From positions 1 through 64,000 of the IMG/VR virus record IMGVR_UViG_2840904412_000002: DNA of 64,000 nt; one strand, 5' to 3'. Below, one piece after another: positions 60,341 through 64,000 of this stretch. The notes beneath the pieces were generated by a model. That model was not told the origin of the DNA. It did no database searches and worked only from the letters and a program-made list of their open reading frames with translations. The stretch comes from a virus. Taxonomy: Duplodnaviria; Caudoviricetes. The stretch's first letter is position 1, and each line of letters begins with the position of its first letter. The position numbers and the translations under genes are program-made.

Positions 60341-60400
60341 TTTTATCAATTCCTTTTCTATTTATTTGTTTTATATTTATATTATAATAGGTGTTGAGTA

Positions 60401-60606
60401 TTAAGTCAACACCTTTATTTTTTGACCTGCGTAGTTAATTTGGACACGTAGTTTATCTTCTTCGTCAACTTTTTTGTTGGTAGCACCCCTATAGTCTTCA
60501 TAACCCAAAATTTTGGCTATATCGTTACCTACAAAGTAAGTTTGATTGTCTTTAACTACTGTTCTTACTGATTCTCCTTCAAAATTAAACATTAATTGGT
60601 TTTCAT
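60401..60606 (-). pseudogene. Truncated/frameshifted BRO-N gene
   Basis: FNFEGESVRTV..YFVGNDIAKILGY; ends at half domain; RBS-proximal ATG (60606) is out of frame. Confidence 0.6.
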
Positions 60607-60708
60607 GTTACATCAGTCCTTTTCTTTTATTCGATACTCTTATTCTAACTTAGGACTGAATAAATGTCAACACTTTTTGTTAAATTTTATGTAATTATTC
60701 TGAAGAAT

Positions 60709-60889
60709 CCTTTAGTATCAAGGGTTACAAGAAGAAAAAAACATGTTTGGAAAATTAGCACCCCTCTTAATATATATATATAATACTAATAATACTAATA
60801 ATACTAATAATACTAATATATATATATATAAGGGGGACCTTAATTTTCCAAACATGTTAAAAAATAGCTGTAACCCTTGATACTAAAGG
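60709..60889. repeat. 181-bp interrupted palindrome with central (TAATACTAA)x4
   Basis: 21-bp outer arms CCTTTAGTATCAAGGGTTACA, 18-bp inner arms AACATGTTTGGAAAATTA. Confidence 0.9.
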
Positions 60890-60935
60890 GTTTAGTAAAA
60901 ATTGTATATAAAAAAGACCAACTTTTCAGCTAGTC

Positions 60936-61139
60936 TTAATAAAACAATTTGAAACTTTCAATTCTATTTGGATTAATGTAAATTTTCTCAGATGTTAAAC
61001 TATTCTCAGTATAAACTTTCAGTAATCTTGCACTAGCCATAAAAGCACTCAAATCTGTATCATAAACCGGACTATCTTCAGTACCAATTAAAAAATACTT
61101 ATTACCACTTGCCATTGTTATTTCAACATATTTAATCAA
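60936..61139 (-). CDS. Hypothetical protein
   Basis: RBS GGAGG. Confidence 0.65.
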   Translation of the reverse strand: MIKYVEITMASGNKYFLIGTEDSPVYDTDLSAFMASARLLKVYTENSLTSEKIYINPNRIESFKLFY

Positions 61140-61151
61140 AACTTCTTCCTC

Positions 61152-61484
61152 CTAAGTAAACTTATTGAATACAAAAGATACAATAGCACCAAGCACTAAT
61201 AATAAGACTTTCTCAACTCTTTCACTTTTTTTATCATCTTTATCTTTTGTACTTTCAGCCAATTCTTTCACTTTCTCATCTAATGACTCTAATTGTATAT
61301 AGATAGGTGTTTGTCTTTCAACATTAACTGCTAATTCTTTATCTAAAGTAGTTACGATACTCTTTAGTTCATCAACTTCATTTTCCAGTTTCTTAAATGT
61401 ATCACTGTCAATATACCCTTTTTCTTGTATAGTATTACTTATTGATTCAACTTTTTTAAATAGTTCATCTACATTATTCGTCAA
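61152..61484 (-). CDS. Coiled-coil protein with C-terminal TM
   Basis: Heptad pattern, hydrophobic tail. Confidence 0.7.
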   Translation of the reverse strand: MTNNVDELFKKVESISNTIQEKGYIDSDTFKKLENEVDELKSIVTTLDKELAVNVERQTPIYIQLESLDEKVKELAESTKDKDDKKSERVEKVLLLVLGAIVSFVFNKFT

Positions 61485-61497
61485 TGTAAATCACCAC

Positions 61498-61818
61498 TTA
61501 ATGATAAACCGATTCAGAGTATACATCAAAGTTATCTATAAACTTATCAATAATCTGGGCATAATTTTTAGTAATAATTTTTCCATAAGAAGTTTTTATA
61601 TCAATTTCAAAATCTATAACACCAAACTCTTGAAGGTCTATACGGCACTTAACTTTATCAGGGTTGTTGCAAGGTAAGTAAAAGTAATCAAAAGATATAA
61701 TAGAGCCGTTAGTCAAAAGTCTGTTTATTCTATACATGTGAAAAATATCCCTATCTCTTTTAAAATGAGTTAAGGCATCTTTAAATTCAACTTTTAGAAT
61801 ATCTTTATGCTTAGTCAA
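61498..61818 (-). CDS. Conserved hypothetical protein
   Basis: RBS AAGGAGG. Confidence 0.7.
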   Translation of the reverse strand: MTKHKDILKVEFKDALTHFKRDRDIFHMYRINRLLTNGSIISFDYFYLPCNNPDKVKCRIDLQEFGVIDFEIDIKTSYGKIITKNYAQIIDKFIDNFDVYSESVYH

Positions 61819-61884
61819 TTTTATACCGAACCTCCTTTATTTTTTAATAAAAAAAACTTGCATAAATTAAGGATTTATGGTATA

Positions 61885-62136
61885 CTAATTAGAGAGTAAG
61901 GTAGCCACCACTATTATGAAAGTATAAAGAAAAACACCCATAAAATTCCCTAGATATAGGATGTATATACCTAATAATAAAACACAGTACATAATAAAAA
62001 TAATAAGTACTTGATACATAATATTTAAACCATATATACTATTATTAGTTAACTGACGTGTAACTATATTTACTCCTGTTAGTATGATAATGAAAGCCAC
62101 TAATACAATACATACTTCAATTATAGTCACCAACAT
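61885..62136 (-). CDS. Membrane protein
   Basis: Hydrophobic; late promoter 62174-62183. Confidence 0.6.
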   Translation of the reverse strand: MLVTIIEVCIVLVAFIIILTGVNIVTRQLTNNSIYGLNIMYQVLIIFIMYCVLLLGIYILYLGNFMGVFLYTFIIVVATLLSN

Positions 62137-62173
62137 ATTGTCACCTATTATTTCTCGAATATCATTCAAAACT

Positions 62174-62209
62174 TAATATAACATAGAATGACAACATTGT
62201 ATTATATTA
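62174..62209. promoter_or_regulatory. Back-to-back late promoters at the strand switch
   Basis: TGTTATATTA on - (62183-62174), TATTATATTA on + (62200-62209). Confidence 0.65.
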
Positions 62210-62254
62210 ATATAGTGAACAACTATGCCTTAGAGCAAGGGGTGGAATAAGAGT

Positions 62255-62629
62255 TTGAAACGGAAACTAGAAAAAATAGATAGTATTGTAAAAAGGATAT
62301 TAATACTAGTTATATCAACTTTAGTCATACTATCAATAGTCAATGCACTGTCACTAATATTTGAAATGAGACCTAATGTTGTAATGATTTATTTTATGTT
62401 TGGTGCTATGACATCTTATGTAGTTTTAGTGTATTATGATAAATTTATACAAAGAAAAGATGACCCATTACCTGACTATATTTTAAAAGAAGTACAAGTA
62501 ATTAAAAACGAAGTAGATGTTCTACAAGAAATGTTATCAGAAGAACAAGGTACCACAAAAGAAGAGATTAAAGTGAGAGCAAAAGCAAGACGAAAGGTAG
62601 ACCATGAAAAAACACGAAGTAAAAGATAA
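62255..62629 (+). CDS. Membrane protein
   Basis: Two TM segments. Confidence 0.7.
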   Translation: MKRKLEKIDSIVKRILILVISTLVILSIVNALSLIFEMRPNVVMIYFMFGAMTSYVVLVYYDKFIQRKDDPLPDYILKEVQVIKNEVDVLQEMLSEEQGTTKEEIKVRAKARRKVDHEKTRSKR

Positions 62630-62882
62630 GCGTAGACTTATTAAAAAAAATGGAACTAAAGTAACTCTTGTTAAAAAAAACGACAAAAGAATTACAAGCC
62701 CTAGTCGTATTTGTTGTATATGTGGGGAACAATTATCAAAAGTAAATTATAGCAATGGGAAAGTTCTTGCAAAAAAAGACCATATCCATGTTCAGTATAG
62801 TAGTCTTTTGTATTTAGATATGTGTAAGGATGTGACTAACTGCTATAAGAACCTTAAAGAAAGAGGTGAGCTTAGTGAGTAG
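62604..62882 (+). CDS. Cys-rich hypothetical protein
   Basis: CCICG..C....C. Confidence 0.65.
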   Translation: MKKHEVKDKRRLIKKNGTKVTLVKKNDKRITSPSRICCICGEQLSKVNYSNGKVLAKKDHIHVQYSSLLYLDMCKDVTNCYKNLKERGELSE

Positions 62883-63288
62883 AACAGGACGACTTCGTAG
62901 AAAAATGGAAAAAAAGAAAATTGAACAAGAAGATAAAACTAAGTATATTCAAGATGGTTTTATGAGTAGTATCCAAACTTTAATGTTCGATTTTCAAAAC
63001 AAAGTTAATGCAGGGCAAGTAGAAGTAAAAGACCCTAATGATTTATATAAACTATTTGTTATTTATTCTCAAATGCAACAACTCATAGGTGATGATACTG
63101 AAGGTGGCGGTGTTTTACCACAACTATCAGGAAAGCAACAAAAAGTTTTCGATGAAATAATCACTGAAAATAGTGAAGATGGAGAAATAGACATGAAAAA
63201 ACTATCTGAGTTATCAGAAGATGACATTACTAATATGATTGCGGATAAAGAAAAGGCAATGAATAACGATAATTCAGAGACATTTTAG
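62875..63288 (+). CDS. terS: Putative terminase small subunit
   Basis: Immediately upstream of terL, size and position typical of Twort-like phages. Confidence 0.6.
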   Translation: MSRTGRLRRKMEKKKIEQEDKTKYIQDGFMSSIQTLMFDFQNKVNAGQVEVKDPNDLYKLFVIYSQMQQLIGDDTEGGGVLPQLSGKQQKVFDEIITENSEDGEIDMKKLSELSEDDITNMIADKEKAMNNDNSETF

Positions 63289-63302
63289 AAGGAGTGATAT
63301 GT

Positions 63303-64000
63303 TTGGATGGTAAAGAGTTATTAAAGATTACTCAAGAAACATTTCAAACGGAACAAGTAACAAAAGAGCAGGTTGACCATATTTTAAATATGCTTAACCC
63401 TAGTACTTATATGCTTAAGTATCATACGCTAAGGGGGCATCCTATAACGTTTAGTATTCCAAATAGGGATAGAAGTAGGGCACAAGCGCATAGACCTTGG
63501 CAAGTCCGTAAACTACATATGCGGACTATAAACCTTTTCTAAACTTGGAAACTCCTAACGTAAAGACGAGGACAATCAAGTGCTAAATTCAGTTTAATAC
63601 TGATAAACGCCTAACGACTAAATTTACTGGTAAGCAATTAAATGGAATTGTGTAGAACAGTATAAGAGGGAAACCGTAACGAAAAGGGCTTTTACACCAA
63701 GAAGTAAAAGTATGAGATAGTCTAGTCCCCTAATAAATATCGGGAAACCGAGGGTAAAAAACGATAGTAAATGATACCCACCCTAACAAAGCAGTAATTA
63801 AATCGAGACAATTAGGGCTATCGGAGATGTCAGTAATGGAGATGGTACATTTTGCGGATTTACATAGCTATGCCTCTGTAAAGTGTATGTACACATTTCA
63901 TACCCAAGACCAAGTTAAGAAATTTGTACAATCAAGGTTAAATCCAGTATTACAAAAACCTTATTTTAACTCTATTGTAGATTGGGAACAAGATTCACAA
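63303..64000 (+). CDS. terL: Terminase large subunit, 5' part, spliced (exon1 63303-63509, exon2 63764 to beyond window end)
   Basis: Joined read HRPWQVR|IVNDTHPNKAVIKSRQLGLSE (Walker A-like KSRQLG). Confidence 0.92.
63510..63763 (+). ncRNA. Group I intron (254 nt, no ORF) in terL
   Basis: P1 GUCCGU/GCGGAC with U.G; R CTAACGACTAA, S GAGATAGTCTAG; terminal G restores frame. Confidence 0.9.

Noticed and set aside
63294-63542. Stand-alone 82-aa protein or terL pseudogene
   Set aside because: It is exon 1 of terL reading into a group I intron
1-64000. Genome-wide GATC (Sau3AI) avoidance
   Set aside because: Plausible for this phage group but I could not count it reliably by eye

Overview
A 64-kb, very AT-rich segment of a large virulent Staphylococcus myovirus (Herelleviridae/Twortvirinae, gene content most like the coagulase-negative staphylococcal Sepunavirus group; family assignment is from my recall of gene order, not from a database search). 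Left to right: the 3' end of an IS607-type tnpB element, a recombination/transcription block (SSB-like, RecA-like, sigma factor, virion proteins), a second tnpA-less tnpB element, many small early genes, and a probable long-terminal-repeat/early region (about 24-36 kb). The leftward arm carries a dispersin-B-like GH20 hydrolase, a siphovirus-like gene block, two unrelated dUTPases, a tRNA(CAT), PhoH, RNase H, two endolysins (one with a group I intron), holin and BRO genes. The window ends in the terminase genes, with a group I intron in terL. Most striking signals: (1) 25 copies of the S. aureus Chi heptamer GAAGCGG packed into 11.4 kb of the putative terminal region versus 4 in the remaining ~52 kb (manual count); (2) host CodY-box matches in the same region; (3) a late-promoter-driven FN3-GH20 (PNAG hydrolase-like) fusion; (4) three large structured non-coding RNA candidates, one ROOL-like.
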